A stretch of DNA of 62,777 bases, the filler included, from Circinaria calcarea (taxonomy: Eukaryota): the NCBI GenBank assembly GCA_051942165.1. It is 37 parts of 37 records of this genome, joined end to end, with 100 filler letters (N's around TTAATTAATTAA, not from the genome) between each part and the next. Parts side by side here need not be neighbours in the genome. Positions count along the whole stretch, not along the records: positions 23,901 to 25,501 come from JAVECS010004463.1; positions 25,602 to 27,202 come from JAVECS010004464.1; positions 27,303 to 28,903 come from JAVECS010004465.1; positions 29,004 to 30,603 come from JAVECS010004466.1; positions 30,704 to 32,302 come from JAVECS010004467.1; positions 32,403 to 34,001 come from JAVECS010004468.1; positions 34,102 to 35,700 come from JAVECS010004469.1; positions 35,801 to 37,398 come from JAVECS010004470.1; 29 more parts are not named here. One strand, 5' to 3'. The position numbers and the translations under genes were made by a program. The notes under the pieces are model-generated. The model had not been told where the DNA came from. It searched no databases and saw only the letters and a list, made by a program, of their open reading frames with translations. Positions 23,925 through 36,006 of the stretch are shown in pieces (position 1 is the first letter of the stretch; every line of letters starts with the position of its first letter).

Positions 23925-25069
23925 ATGGTTAGCGGCGTTGGTTCAAACGCAACGAGTGGGACATATGAGACCACCCAGCAGATAATAGGCGAGGTTCTTA
24001 TAAGAAATGTAAATTGCAAAAACAGAAAACAAGCGGAGAGAAAATTCTCCACTCCGATTTTATTTCTTTTAATGAAAACACGTTTACGCACATATTACTT
24101 CACTCGACAAATACATAATAATAAGAGGCTTATTATGAAGTCGATAGTTTTAGTGCGGTGACCACCTCTGCCTAGTGCTGATACCAGTACTTTCATGCGC
24201 GTGCGAGATGAAGCTAAGTCGTCACCATAATAATCGTCGTCGCTGTTGCGCGCAGCCTAGGAGCGGAGGTGGAGATGGCGGTAAGGTCAATGAAACGTTC
24301 GCTGAACCACGCGACAGTCAGTCGATGACACATCAACCCCTATTAGCAGCGAGGGAGCCGGTGATGAGCAGAGTGCGAGGCAGAATAGCGCAAGATCCAG
24401 TCAAATTCAATGCATTACAACACTCACAGACAACGGCAATAGCACACGGCATTCAAACACGGGTATTCGAACGAGACTACGATCAGTCGGTTCACAGCGA
24501 CGCAAATACACGCGTGAAACAGGCCGAAAGCAGGGCTTTTGCACTCCGGAGGGGGTTTTTCGCCCATACATGGTTTGTCGCTTCATAGGCCCAATAGGGT
24601 GCTCAGTAACGTAAGAATAAATAAGTAAAATCGGTAGAATAGTTTGTATAAAAAAATTAAAAAATAAAAAAAAAGCGACTTTTGGCTTTTGGATTTCGGT
24701 CGGGGGGATCGAACCCTAGACCTCTTGATTGAAAAAAAGAGTCAAAAAGACGGGACCTTATCCCCGCTGATGAGCTAGATCTGTCAATGCCTGGTTGGTC
24801 GACGTCTCTAGGCCCCGTGAGGGGATTCCGCATTACCATGCGAACATGGTAACACGACGATCGAGGCTAAACATTGACGGGCGAACATATGAGACCACCC
24901 AGCAGATATTAGGCGAGGTTCTTATAACAAACATAAACTTGCAAAATAAGAACAAGCGAAGAAAAGATTTTTTACCCCGATTTATTTCCCTGAGGAAACG
25001 ACGCCTACGCAACCATTGCTTTACTCTGCGAAATATGTAATAATAAGCCACTTGTCACAAAGTCAACAG
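23925..25069 (+). repeat. Diverged direct repeats of about 220 bp (about 23925-24147 and 24846-25069) flanking a core of about 700 bp
   Basis: Near-identical ACATATGAGACCACCCAGCAGATA(A/T)TAGGCGAGGTTCTTATAA at 23961 and 24885, with weaker similarity continuing about 140 bp downstream. Confidence 0.85.
24691..24785 (-). pseudogene. tRNA-like Pol III unit (pseudo-tRNA or SINE head)
   Basis: Minus strand has A-box-like TAGCTCATCAGCGG, then AATCAAGAGGTC, B-box GGTTCGATCCC and a downstream oligo-T terminator. The acceptor stem does not pair and internal T-runs are present. Confidence 0.5.
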
Positions 25070-25284
25070 GATGATTTGCATTAAGGAAAGACAAGTAATT
25101 ACTTGGTATCGTTAAGCAGGACCTCCCTCCTGCACTACCTGCTAATCAACCAACGATATCTACTCTCGCTCCTACTGTCACAATGATCTTATGATGCCCT
25201 GAACTTCTGATCGTAGTCACCATAAGAACAGGCAGCAGCAGAGAAGATTATTACAGATTAAGAAAAGGGTTTCATTACTTGGGT

Positions 25285-25501
25285 TCATCCAACAAGCTCT
25301 CCTCCACTTTCTGGCCATTTGCCCCATATTATCGCCTTTCGCGGTAGTCTACTGCTAAGTGGAGCCAGTATTCTAAGTTTCTTCTTCTTCTCGTCGACCT
25401 CGGCTACGTACACAAAACCTATAACATTCGCATCGCGAATGTTCTCTGGGGTGTCATTGGGCTCTGCCTGCATAAGAGCGAGAATGCAATGCTGCATCAT
25501 T
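25285..25501 (-). CDS. CLP1: Polynucleotide 5'-OH kinase / mRNA cleavage factor Clp1, C-terminus
   Basis: ILALMQAEPNDTPENIRDANVIGFVYVAEVDEKKKKLRILAPLSSRLPRKAIIWGKWPE is the Clp1 C-terminal domain. Confidence 0.88.
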
Positions 25502-26689
25502 NNNNNNNNNNNNNNNNNNNNNNNNNNNNNNNNNNNNNNNNNNNNTTAATTAATTAANNNNNNNNNNNNNNNNNNNNNNNNNNNNNNNNNNNNNNNNNNN
25601 NGTTTGGCGGGATGGGAGAATCGAGTTATAAGGGAGGGGAAGGATGATTGTGTGGGAACGAAGCAAAGCGGAAGGAAAGGCTTGAGCGGTTATCGGTTGG
25701 TTGGGATATGCAGAAGAAATGGCCTCTATATGTATAGATCATGCTATATTGTTCTCTCGCCGGGGTTTTGTATCACTGCAAATGTGTCGATAACACGGTG
25801 AAGGGAGTAATTGAGAGTAAGCCTACCTCCTTGGTTCCTACCCAGACTTTGGTTTGTGGATCGGTTATTTGATCCGACACGGTGAGAGATTACCGGATGG
25901 TTTTGAACAGATTAGTAGGTCAAGTTGCAAGTAGTGAAATCAAACCGTTAAAGTTACCGCAATTCTCCTTGGTGTCCTTGGTACTGAAGCGCTTGTAGTC
26001 AACTAGGTAGCTTTAATGGCTCTTGGTCCGAGTCTGACATCTTTGAGGAGATGTGCTGTTGAATACCTTCGCCTTTAAAATGGTATGCCGCAGTTGTAAT
26101 GAGACGGGTTTCCTTTAATGAAGTTCAAACTGTAATTCGGGTCGATGCTATGGTTGCTTGAGATGGATACCACTTCGTTAGAGCTGGATGCGTCTGGGTT
26201 GGTAAACAGCCTTGCAGCTGAACGCATAGACAAGGGTTTGTGGAAGAAAGTAGTTGTGAGTACTCTGCTGTATATAACTAGCCAATTCGACGAAGGCGGT
26301 AGATGCTCGGTAAGTTGCAATTTTATTCAAGGGATGTAGGAATACCCGGAGTTGATGTGGTGCAGGTGTGATTCTGTAAAAGGTGGAAGAGTACTTTTTT
26401 AAATACTTATACTTCTTAACCTTACTGGCAGAGGATATTAGTACTCACGCGTAGCATCTAAAACTTAAAAGGCAGCCACACGGATATGATGCTGCTCGAC
26501 GAGAACAAAGAAATAAAAACTTTCCTACCTAAAACAAAACGCCAAAGTCCTAAACTAGGTATCAAAAGCGAACCCAGATTGCGCCATCTTACAAACCGCT
26601 CATCGTCAATTATGCTTCTCATTGCCGCATATTAAAACAGGGCAGGCTCATTAGAACTCCACCAGAATGCCATACGCCTCAACGAGTAT

Positions 26690-27202
26690 TCAAGGCGAAG
26701 GGTTAAACTTCCCACTCAAATCGTTCAGACTACCCATGATAGTCTGGGCAGCTACAGAAGTCGCATCACGGAATCTCCGCAGGTGTCCGACCTCTTGCAG
26801 GAGGGCTTGATAAGCAGCAGGGTCTACCACCTGCGCTTGTTGCTGCTGGAGATGCGAAATTGTCGTGTCCTTGGTCGCGACAACGTCGGCGAGTGTGCTG
26901 ACTTGGTTTTGAAGCACCGCAAGAGTACTACTGCTAGGGCCACTAGCGTTGTCCAGGCACAGAGCGGCGTTATCCAGCCAGAATTGCTGGGCTTCAGCTG
27001 TGGACATCTGGTATTTTAATTAGCTAACTCTAGAGGCAGGTGTTATTCATCTAAAATAGCAAGGTAGCTTACCGCTTGCATAACCCATGCGTCATCCACC
27101 TGATGAATCATTTTCATATATTTTTTGAACTCGACAGTGATCTGCACTTGGCTAGGGCCAAGCTGAATGTTGTTGCTCTTATATAAGTCTGCCCATTCGA
27201 CG
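26690..27202 (-). CDS. Hypothetical protein with C-terminal coiled coil, last two exons
   Basis: The frame VEWADLYKSNN...DAWVMQA splices (GTAAGC..GCTAAT..CAG, about 27008-27072) in frame to MSTAEAQQFWLDN... No family recognised. Confidence 0.55.
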
Positions 27203-27313
27203 NNNNNNNNNNNNNNNNNNNNNNNNNNNNNNNNNNNNNNNNNNNNTTAATTAATTAANNNNNNNNNNNNNNNNNNNNNNNNNNNNNNNNNNNNNNNNNN
27301 NNATCCAAAAATC

Positions 27314-27317
<4 letters not shown>

Positions 27318-27350
<33 letters not shown>
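27318..27350. repeat. (AG)n microsatellite
   Basis: Directly visible. Confidence 0.95.
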
Positions 27351-27355
<5 letters not shown>

Positions 27356-27904
27356 CCCTAAAAAACCTATGGTAAATACTTAAACACTTAAAGAAGGAAT
27401 CAGTTGTAAATACTAATTATTAAATAATAGGCATATTATGGATTCCCCAACGGTTCCGTTTTTTTCTCTTTTGCGGTCGGAGGTGTAGAGTTGGGATTTG
27501 AGGATGGATGTGGATGGATATAAGTATACATGTGCAGTATGTTTGAGGGTCTGAGGCTGAGTCACTGAGGCTCTGAGGAGGAAAAGGGTTGAGGATGAGA
27601 TAGGTTAGGTGGGTACGAGGGTAAATAGGGCGGGGAAGCCAAGGCCGCTAATTCTTTCAGGTGGGAGATTTTATATTTCAGGTGCTTGCGTGATGCTTTC
27701 TCGGGATTTAATGATTAAATATTATCTGCCATCCATCATCCATCTCGTTAACCGTTTCGTAGACCTATGTACATGATTCTCTTATCCTCTTTCTTCCTCA
27801 CCGTCCTCTTTCCCACATAATCTTTCAATATCATCCGCCCATGCAAATAGCAAATATCCCCCCAAAAAGCTTTTCGCCGTCCTTCTTTTCCCTCATCCAT
27901 GCAT

Positions 27905-28903
27905 TTAACAAACGCTAATATATAACCCAATAGCCGGCGCGTCATAATTCTGGAAATAGTCCAAAGCCAAACTCCTAGTCGCACTGAGTTCAAACGCGAT
28001 CGTCTCCCCCGCTGCACATGCCTGAGTGGCAATCACATAGCCGCTGCCAGGTTCGACGCTCGTGGCGCCCAATTCACTCTTCACCGCAGGTACAGTATTG
28101 TACGATGTGCTTTGAGTAGCAGGAGCGATCAGCTGCGCCACATCGATGCTACCGGTCCCGGATAGAGTGTATGCTGACATGACCAACTTGTCTTGTGTGG
28201 GAAGGAGAAAGACCAGGGAACAAGTCTTGCCGGCAAACGAGGGGTGGATGTCAAAGTTGAAGATTGACGAGACGGTGGAGGAGACAGTGCCATTGTAACT
28301 TGTACCTCCAGCCTTGTCCGGTTGAGCCGAGTCAACAGGGACAATGAGGTGCGGGAATTCGAAGTTGCCAGGCACCAAATCGGCTGGACAGCTAGAGCTG
28401 GTGGCGGTAGCCGATGGTAGAACAGAAGTTTTGGTAACGGTAGCGATGGTAGCGATTGGGCTGCTCGCGGTAGCGGCAATGACGGAAGTCTGTAGGGTGG
28501 TCGAGGTGGCAATAGGACCCGGACTCTGTACTGCCGAAGTCTGTACAGTAGATGAGGTGGCTATAGGACCTGGACTTTGTATTACTGGTGCACTACCATC
28601 AATTGATGACGCCAAGGATGCCTGAATGCTGCTTACTGATGTTATCTCGATGGCCGATGACGACGCTGGTGACGTCGCGGAAGGGCAGGTAAGATCGTAA
28701 AGCGGGGTGTTACTCAGAGTCGAGCCGACAACACCAAAACTAGGGCTTGGTGTGTTAGGGTAAGAATCTTGTAACGTGTACCAGTATGTGTTGATTTTGC
28801 CAAAGACGGCACATCCGACTTGATCCCAATATATCTGAGCGTTGGCGGGACTTGCCACGGCTTGGTTTTCTGTAGGACCGCTGACAGGCCAACCAGTCTC
28901 GGT
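27905..28903 (-). CDS. GH17 beta-1,3-glucanase (EglC-type) C-terminal part fused to a But2-like C-terminal domain
   Basis: [57 protein letters not shown] (end of GH17), an S/T linker, then [33 protein letters not shown] (But2). Confidence 0.88.
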   Translation of the reverse strand, partial: TETGWPVSGPTENQAVASPANAQIYWDQVGCAVFGKINTYWYTLQDSYPNTPSPSFGVVGSTLSNTPLYDLTCPSATSPASSSAIEITSVSSIQASLASSIDGSAPVIQSPGPIATSSTVQTSAVQSPGPIATSTTLQTSVIAATASSPIATIATVTKTSVLPSATATSSSCPADLVPGNFEFPHLIVPVDSAQPDKAGGTSYNGTVSSTVSSIFNFDIHPSFAGKTCSLVFLLPTQDKLVMSAYTLSGTGSIDVAQLIAPATQSTSYNTVPAVKSELGATSVEPGSGYVIATQACAAGETIAFELSATRSLALDYFQNYDAPAIGLYISVC

Positions 28904-29003
28904 NNNNNNNNNNNNNNNNNNNNNNNNNNNNNNNNNNNNNNNNNNNNTTAATTAATTAANNNNNNNNNNNNNNNNNNNNNNNNNNNNNNNNNNNNNNNNN
29001 NNN

Positions 29004-29715
29004 TGCCAGCGCAGTCAGCAATATGACCGACGTCGCCAATTCCAATTCCAATACCAATACCAATACCAATGCCAATGCCAGCGGCAACCGGGACGTGGAT
29101 CTTCTTATCGCTGAGCTCGCTTCCCAGCGCGAAGCCCGTCGGGACAGACGCGTCAGCAGTGTCAGCTATGCAAATTTGGGCCATGCACGGCACGATGGTT
29201 CCCGAATACGGGCCAATAGCGTTGAAAGCGATATTCAACCACTCCTCGACTCTGCCGCTTCCATTGGCAGTTCCCACCGCGGTTCTCGGACGAGTTCTCC
29301 CTTTGCCTCTTCATCACGCCATCACCGCGCCCACTCTGACCTCTCAATCGTCTCCAATAATTCCTCCCTCATCACGGATGACGACACCACACCTCCAGCA
29401 TCCCGGATCGTCAGTCAAGACTTTGGACTCACGCCTCAATCAAGTTTAGACACAAGCGAGGATATCACGGATATGCAGATCCCGATCCCTAGCACCGAAC
29501 CCCCGAGTTACGATGATGATTTGTTTAACCAACACGACCCATTCGAGACCGAGCAAGCCCCACCGTACACAAGTCCGATCCTGGAAAGAGGTCTAGGACC
29601 CCGATTACCCAGCGTGCGGACGCGGATACCGCCGGCAATTGAAATCCGAAGCGCCACGCCTACGGGTTCAGTGCCTGGATCGCCGATTTTAGATGAGGGT
29701 GGGGGGCGGCGGTAG
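29004..29715 (+). CDS. Low-complexity C-terminus of an unidentified protein with PPxY-like motifs
   Basis: Long open frame, Ser-rich, with PPSY and APPY motifs, ending [10 protein letters not shown]...GGRR*. Confidence 0.6.
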
Positions 29716-31255
29716 TTTGGTACATAGGGCATCCGTGCAGGGATGGTTGAAACATCAGAATCAGGGAAATCAGTTGGATATTTGGATATATGGGATCTCT
29801 TTTCTTTTATTCAAATGATTATTGTCCCGTTGGACGCATACGAATAAATCTGAAAGCGAACTTTGTATATGGGAGAGAGATTTTGGGTTTGAATCTGAAC
29901 AAAGGGATAAGGCAAGGCAATGGCGATGGGCGTTTGGTTGGAGGGTTAGTTCGCTTCCACCCGTGTTAATGGGTGTTGAGCCCTATTAGTCTAACCATTG
30001 GGCCTCCCCCCCCCCCGCTATCTTATCTATTCATTCTACCTTATACAAATTTACAAAACCGTTGAAGTCATGTGTCCCGATGTACATCTTATCGCATTTC
30101 TATCGCACTCCTATGACAATTCTAACCAAATCTACAAACTGCACAATCTGCGACCTGGCTTGGGGAGAAGTCACCATGAACCTCCCTCCTACCTCTAACC
30201 CCCTCCGCAATCGTTCATCTCCCTCCCTTCTCCCATTCTCCCCTCCATTCCCTCCTTCTCTTTTTCTTTCTCTTTTTCCTTCTCTTTTTCCTTCTCTTTT
30301 CCTTCCTGTTGGCTTTCTGATTTCCAAGCTAGTCTAAAAGTTACTCCGTACCATAGCTGAACGGAATAAACCTACTCAATCTACTTTCTCACTTCTCATT
30401 CTCAACTCGCCCCTGGGGTTTGTGTTGTTGTTGGGGGGGGGAGGGAAAGCCTACTCAAGTTCGCTTTTGCTTTTGCTATTTACTATTTGGTATTTTGGTA
30501 TATGCTAGCCTTTTGCTATTGACCACCACCACCCCCTATGCCCTATGCCACCTTCTACGACCCCCTACGCCAACCCTTTTCCGCCGCCGGGGGAAATGCT
30601 GTCNNNNNNNNNNNNNNNNNNNNNNNNNNNNNNNNNNNNNNNNNNNNTTAATTAATTAANNNNNNNNNNNNNNNNNNNNNNNNNNNNNNNNNNNNNNNNN
30701 NNNCCTCCAACCTCCCTTCCCCTTACTCGCCATCTCACGCGATCGAACTGACAACGTGAGCTTTACCAAGTGATGGTATCTTCGGTCATTGACTCCCCCC
30801 CTCCCCCAAACGAGTTAAGGAGGGAGGGCACGGACGGGGGATACTCGTATTTTACCAAAATTCCTCGTTTCAAAGGAATGGGGGACTTGGAACTTGTTTT
30901 GATTGGTGGGAAAGGGGGGAGGAAAGGTTTGCGGGTTCGGCTTTGCGCTTCGGAGTCGGAGGGTTGATGGAAGGGTTCTTGCGGGGTTTAGCATTATTGG
31001 GTGCTTTACTCCGTATCGCTGTTTCCCGGGCAAACGGAGGCGTTGTGTGTGGGAAAGGGGGGGATTTGTGAGTTTTTTAAACCGTAGGAGGCTGAAAAGG
31101 GTGGCTTGGCACGATAAAGAAAAAAAAATAGCTAGCGTAAATGTCGGACCTGGTCCCTGGCTTCAGGTTGGCTGATTTAGCAAAATGGATTAAAACGAGT
31201 GTATTTTCTGAGATATACGCGCGTATATCATCGGCGAATTACTTTTAACTCGGTT

Positions 31256-31386
31256 CTACTGAGTGAGCTGCCACTGAGTTCGCTGCTACTGAATTTACTG
31301 CTACTGAGTTCGCTCCTACTGAGTTCGCTACTATACTTATACTGCCACTACTATGCTGCCACTACAATGCTGCCACTACTATGCTA
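31256..31386. repeat. 15-bp minisatellite (CTACTGAGTTCGCTG-like, about 5 copies) grading into CTACTATGCTGC-like repeats
   Basis: Directly visible; adjoins an AT-rich RIP-like tract at about 31420-31600. Confidence 0.75.
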
Positions 31387-34101
31387 AAGGGGGGGTTTCC
31401 CCCGAATATTTAATAAAGTCCTACTATTGCTTCTGTGTTATGCCTATTATGCTAAAAAGGGGTTTCGACTCCTCCGAAAGAGGGCTTATTATTGGTACTT
31501 TAACAAAGCTATTAGAAACGCAATAATAATTTAATTAAAGTATTATAGTCTTGGAAATATATTATATTAACAAGCTCGCGGTTCTAATTCGGTAACTAGC
31601 TTGCCTAGTCAAACTAGCCAGCACCTAGAATTGTATCGTGGCAAGTAAAACACCCCTTCGCTTCATCGAAACATCGAAGGATATTAATTGGACAAGACAA
31701 CGACCTATAGCTTCGTTTCATCGGGACGATCTCTGACCATATGTCGAGTTTTCCGAATAGCTTATTTGCTAGGTATGCACTATCAAGGCGCCGCATGCTT
31801 ATGATAGGTGATTCTGGGATTTCGAATGATGAGGTTGAGGCTGGGTTCCCCGGCAGCTGGGCCAGCATACAAAGATACTTGCGGCGCATCAGGCAGAGGA
31901 AAAGTGGAACATTACAGGGAGGGGGGCACTACGTCTTCCAAGGTAATGTGCAAAATGGGCCGCGAGAATGTGTGTGGATCAATGCTTTGGAAAATGTTAT
32001 AAATATAGGGAGGTTGAGATGTGGAGCAAAAAGCCGCCCTGTTAGCAGTCGTTTACTTCTGAGATGGCTGCATTGTCAAGTATCTAAATTAAAAACGATC
32101 AAAGTGAGTGTGGTGTGTCTCATGTCGACAGGTTTCCACTTTAGTCGCCACTCGTTTGATTCGTAGGTGAGGTTTGGTGATGGCCCACCTACTGCAATTT
32201 CAGGGCGTCTCTGAGCCTGGGCTGTGGGGCTTGCTGGTGATAGGGGCAGGAATTGTGGGAGGGGATGGTGGTAGGTATTAAATGGTTGGTGGGGTGGAAT
32301 GANNNNNNNNNNNNNNNNNNNNNNNNNNNNNNNNNNNNNNNNNNNNTTAATTAATTAANNNNNNNNNNNNNNNNNNNNNNNNNNNNNNNNNNNNNNNNNN
32401 NNATATGGGAAGAGTAAACCGGACTCCATGAGAATGGCCAAACTCGATTGTTGATGGCATGATGGTAGACTATCATGTTTGCTGCCTTCGCCTCCTTGAT
32501 AAGACCTCACAACTAGTGACCACCAATTTGACATATCCCTAGCATCTGCTTGCCCTAAATGCTGATTCCATATCGGTTCGCGGTTAAGGGTGAATTCTTT
32601 CTATCGGCTGGAAAGTGTCTTGAGAAGGTGGTCCTACTCCAGTCACTGTTCCTGTCTAGTGCACTCCTCGAAGATCCCTAGGAGTCATATACCCACTTGT
32701 TTGCCTATATTGCACATGACACTGTGCTTCCGATTCATCCATTGGCCGTCCATCCTAGTTCAGATTTAATAGAAGTAATTTGATTGACACTTGATAAAAA
32801 CTCGATGCCACCTTTCTCCTGAAATGTTAAGAATCTGTATTGTGCACTGGTGTCGGCATTGCCTCACCTAAATGCCGTCAACGGTATCACTCCCTCCTTG
32901 CCTAAGAATCATTTCAGAGCACATTGATTGTCTTGGAATCATACTTAACCCTTCATTCAAGGAGGCAGCTGCTCAGACTCTCTTGCGCATCCTTGCAAGA
33001 CTTATTCGGCGGTATAGGTAGCCTCCCATGCCAAGTAATTCATATTCTGGCCCCATATACCTCTTGCTGCTTATTTTCTCCACGTAAGCAAGAACCAACG
33101 AATCGCCTTATTTTAAAAAGATGTTATTATATGGATGTGGAGACAATACCCAGCTTAAAGTCACATGTCGCAGATGCAGCCCAGCCCAAAGACCCAGCCC
33201 GATCTTGAAACAAAGCAAACCCTCACTAGCTGACGCCACACGACGGGATGCCATGCTGATTTCTTCAGACCTGCTGGTTTGGTATTAGCTTCCCGTGAAC
33301 CTTATCTGACTTTGGTCTTTGAAATGACGTGTGCACACACTGTATACGACTGCACTCCGTGTGGAGGTTAGCGTAATCACGCAAGCTATTCAATGTCACG
33401 TCATTTAAAGACTAACAAAGTAGCCCCTGAAGATCGTCGGCCCGGCCCTTTGAGATCGCAATCCTCAACGTCTCAGTAAAGAATGGGAATGCCATGAAGA
33501 GGAGTAACTTCCCATTGTCCATGGATTTGAGTAGAGATTACGGTACAAGTCATCTACAGAAGTCATCTCCCTGGTCTCATGGCTTGAAATTCTCGCTAAG
33601 AATTAGCATGATGTTGTACATATTGGCATAAAGCAAGGTCGTCGGATTGCTGGAGTCCCGTCATGGATGTGATGATGCACACTTGGGCGGCACAGGACCT
33701 CAACTCGTCTCTAATTACTTAGGTAATTCTGCGGACACCATACATGGTCTCGACAAATGGTGTTCACCTCTTGCAACCACAATACAACAGCAGTGTCCTA
33801 GAAGTCAGCTAAAGTCCCCGCAGCGAATGATAATAGCGGCGTAGGCCAAGGGCCAGGTGGAAAAGTCGACGGTGGATGCATACCTCTTCTTTCTACTACT
33901 GCCATCTATATAACCTTGATGTTTGGCCGCAGATTCAGACAATGTTATGTGGAGTCGCGCTTTCTTGCCCACTTGACTATTCGGACAAGTGCAATATCCT
34001 TNNNNNNNNNNNNNNNNNNNNNNNNNNNNNNNNNNNNNNNNNNNNTTAATTAATTAANNNNNNNNNNNNNNNNNNNNNNNNNNNNNNNNNNNNNNNNNNN
34101 N

Positions 34102-34558
34102 CGTCCCTGACCAAGCCTGGGAAAAGACGCCCTACGGCCGCCCCTCCAACGTCCGCCTCGCCAGCAACGAAGGTCCCCAACAGCTGACCAACCCGCACAC
34201 CGGCCAAACCTTCATCGTCTACTCGGCCGCCCGCTCCGACAATCGTAACTACTGCCTCGGCCTGCTCGAACTTGTCGGCGACGACCCGATGAACGTGCAG
34301 GACTGGCGCAAGAACACGCAAGGCTGCGTGTTTTACCAGAACCCGGCGGCGGAGGCGTATGGCGTTGGTCATGCCAGCTTCACGACGAGTCCGGATGGCA
34401 GGGAGAATTGGATTGTGTATCATGGGATGCGGGATCCGGCGAACGGGTGGGCGGCGAGGACGATTCGGACGCAGAAGTTTACTTGGAATGCGGATGGGAC
34501 ACCTCAGTTCCCGAGACCGGGTTATGGGCCTTATCCGACCCCTAGTGGGCAGGTTTAA
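34102..34558 (+). CDS. GH43 alpha-L-arabinofuranosidase-type glycoside hydrolase, C-terminal part
   Basis: WEK..SNEGPQQL..TFIVYSAA..YCLGLLEL.GDDPM..W.K..YGVGHASF..SPDG.ENWIVYH..R.IRTQKFTWNADGTPQFPRP. Confidence 0.92.
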
Positions 34559-35205
34559 AGGATAATGTTGCTACACAGTTATACTTAGGGGGCCAATGTA
34601 CGGAGTAACTTAAAGAGCGTTACGATTTGGGTCAGCTCTAGGAACCCGGAATGAATGTTATATTTTGATAAATACAAAGCAACAAACAGGACGAAATTCA
34701 TTTGACTCGAAATCGAGCCCTCTTAAAACAGCCCCCCCCCCCAAAAAGTGTCATCTATATCGAAAGGATACTTGCTTCACTTTATGGCGTCTTACGCTAA
34801 TGTGATGGCTGCACTCTACACTCCATTGTCCAGTGATTCTATAGCTTAGCTTTCTATTCGAACATGTATATATATATATATCTAGAAAGCCGTCACAATT
34901 GGAAAAACCAGTCAGTCCACTTTTTGCTATTAATTTTGTACTCCCTTATTTTACAAAATGTGACCATATCTCACAACTACATGATTTTACAATCCCCCAT
35001 AAATTCCTTAATCGATGAGTTCAACGGTGATCGGGAAAAAAAACAATTCCTCCCATTTTTCATTTAATAATGGAGAGGTATCTATATCAAAAACGTCAAA
35101 ACTTCAACTTCTTCGACCTACCGACGGAAAAACTAAACAGGGCAAAACACCCCCCACCCGGTGCAACCCCGTCGCTGAGGGAATCCCGAGCTTGCCGTAG
35201 CCTGG

Positions 35206-35272
35206 CTTCCTTTTCCTTTTCCTTTTCCTTTTCCTTTTCCTTTTCCTTTTCCTTTTCCTTTTCCTTTTCCTT
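35206..35272. repeat. (TTTTCC)n microsatellite
   Basis: About 10 perfect units, which give the spurious SFSFSF ORF. Confidence 0.95.
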
Positions 35273-36006
35273 CCCGGACGGCGGAGAGAAATATCTCGGT
35301 GTGGATAGGGAGAGTTTCCGAAAGTTACCCTTTCCCTTTCCCTTTCTTTTTTCTTTTCCCCTTTTCCCCCTTACTTTATCTCATTTTTTCCCCCAGAGTC
35401 TATTTCAGCGGATGATGAGATTAAAAAAAAAAAACCGAGAGGGGGGGGAGGGGGGAAAGAAACACCCAGAATTGATAGATCAAAACAATAAAGAACCGGA
35501 CGGAAATGCTATTGGAGATATTCAGGGGCCCCCCGCGAAAATGACAAGGATAGCATAGCATAGCATAGCCACGACATTAACGACGACGACGACGACAACG
35601 ACAGCGACAACGACAGCGACAAACGACAAACGAACTACGAAAAGAAACAGGTTTAGCTTAGATGGAGCAAGCATTATCAAATCGGGGGGGAGGAGAGGGG
35701 NNNNNNNNNNNNNNNNNNNNNNNNNNNNNNNNNNNNNNNNNNNNTTAATTAATTAANNNNNNNNNNNNNNNNNNNNNNNNNNNNNNNNNNNNNNNNNNNN
35801 GGGGGTGGTGTTGGAAAATATACACAAGATAAAAAAAAAAGGGGGAGGGTGGAATTTAAAAGTAAAAATAAGATTCCACAAGGAACGATTCCCCGGGGGG
35901 GGGAATCTATCGAGGGGTATTCTAGACTTCCCCAGGGAAAAAGGGGTTCTCTAAAATCCTTAAGCTGATGGCCTGGCCTAGTCTCCGCCAAAAAAAAATC
36001 ATCTAG

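Noticed and set aside
23961..24003. Faint resemblance of the conserved repeat block to 5S rRNA motifs (Cassandra-like element)
   Set aside because: Only a few matching bases, and no 5S secondary structure could be built by eye.
24691..24785. Functional tRNA gene
   Set aside because: No acceptor-stem pairing, no clear anticodon arm, and internal T-runs would stop Pol III. Kept only as tRNA-like.
32403..34001. ORFs 32924-33208 and 33647-33844
   Set aside because: Short, non-ATG starts and no motifs; the contig looks intergenic.
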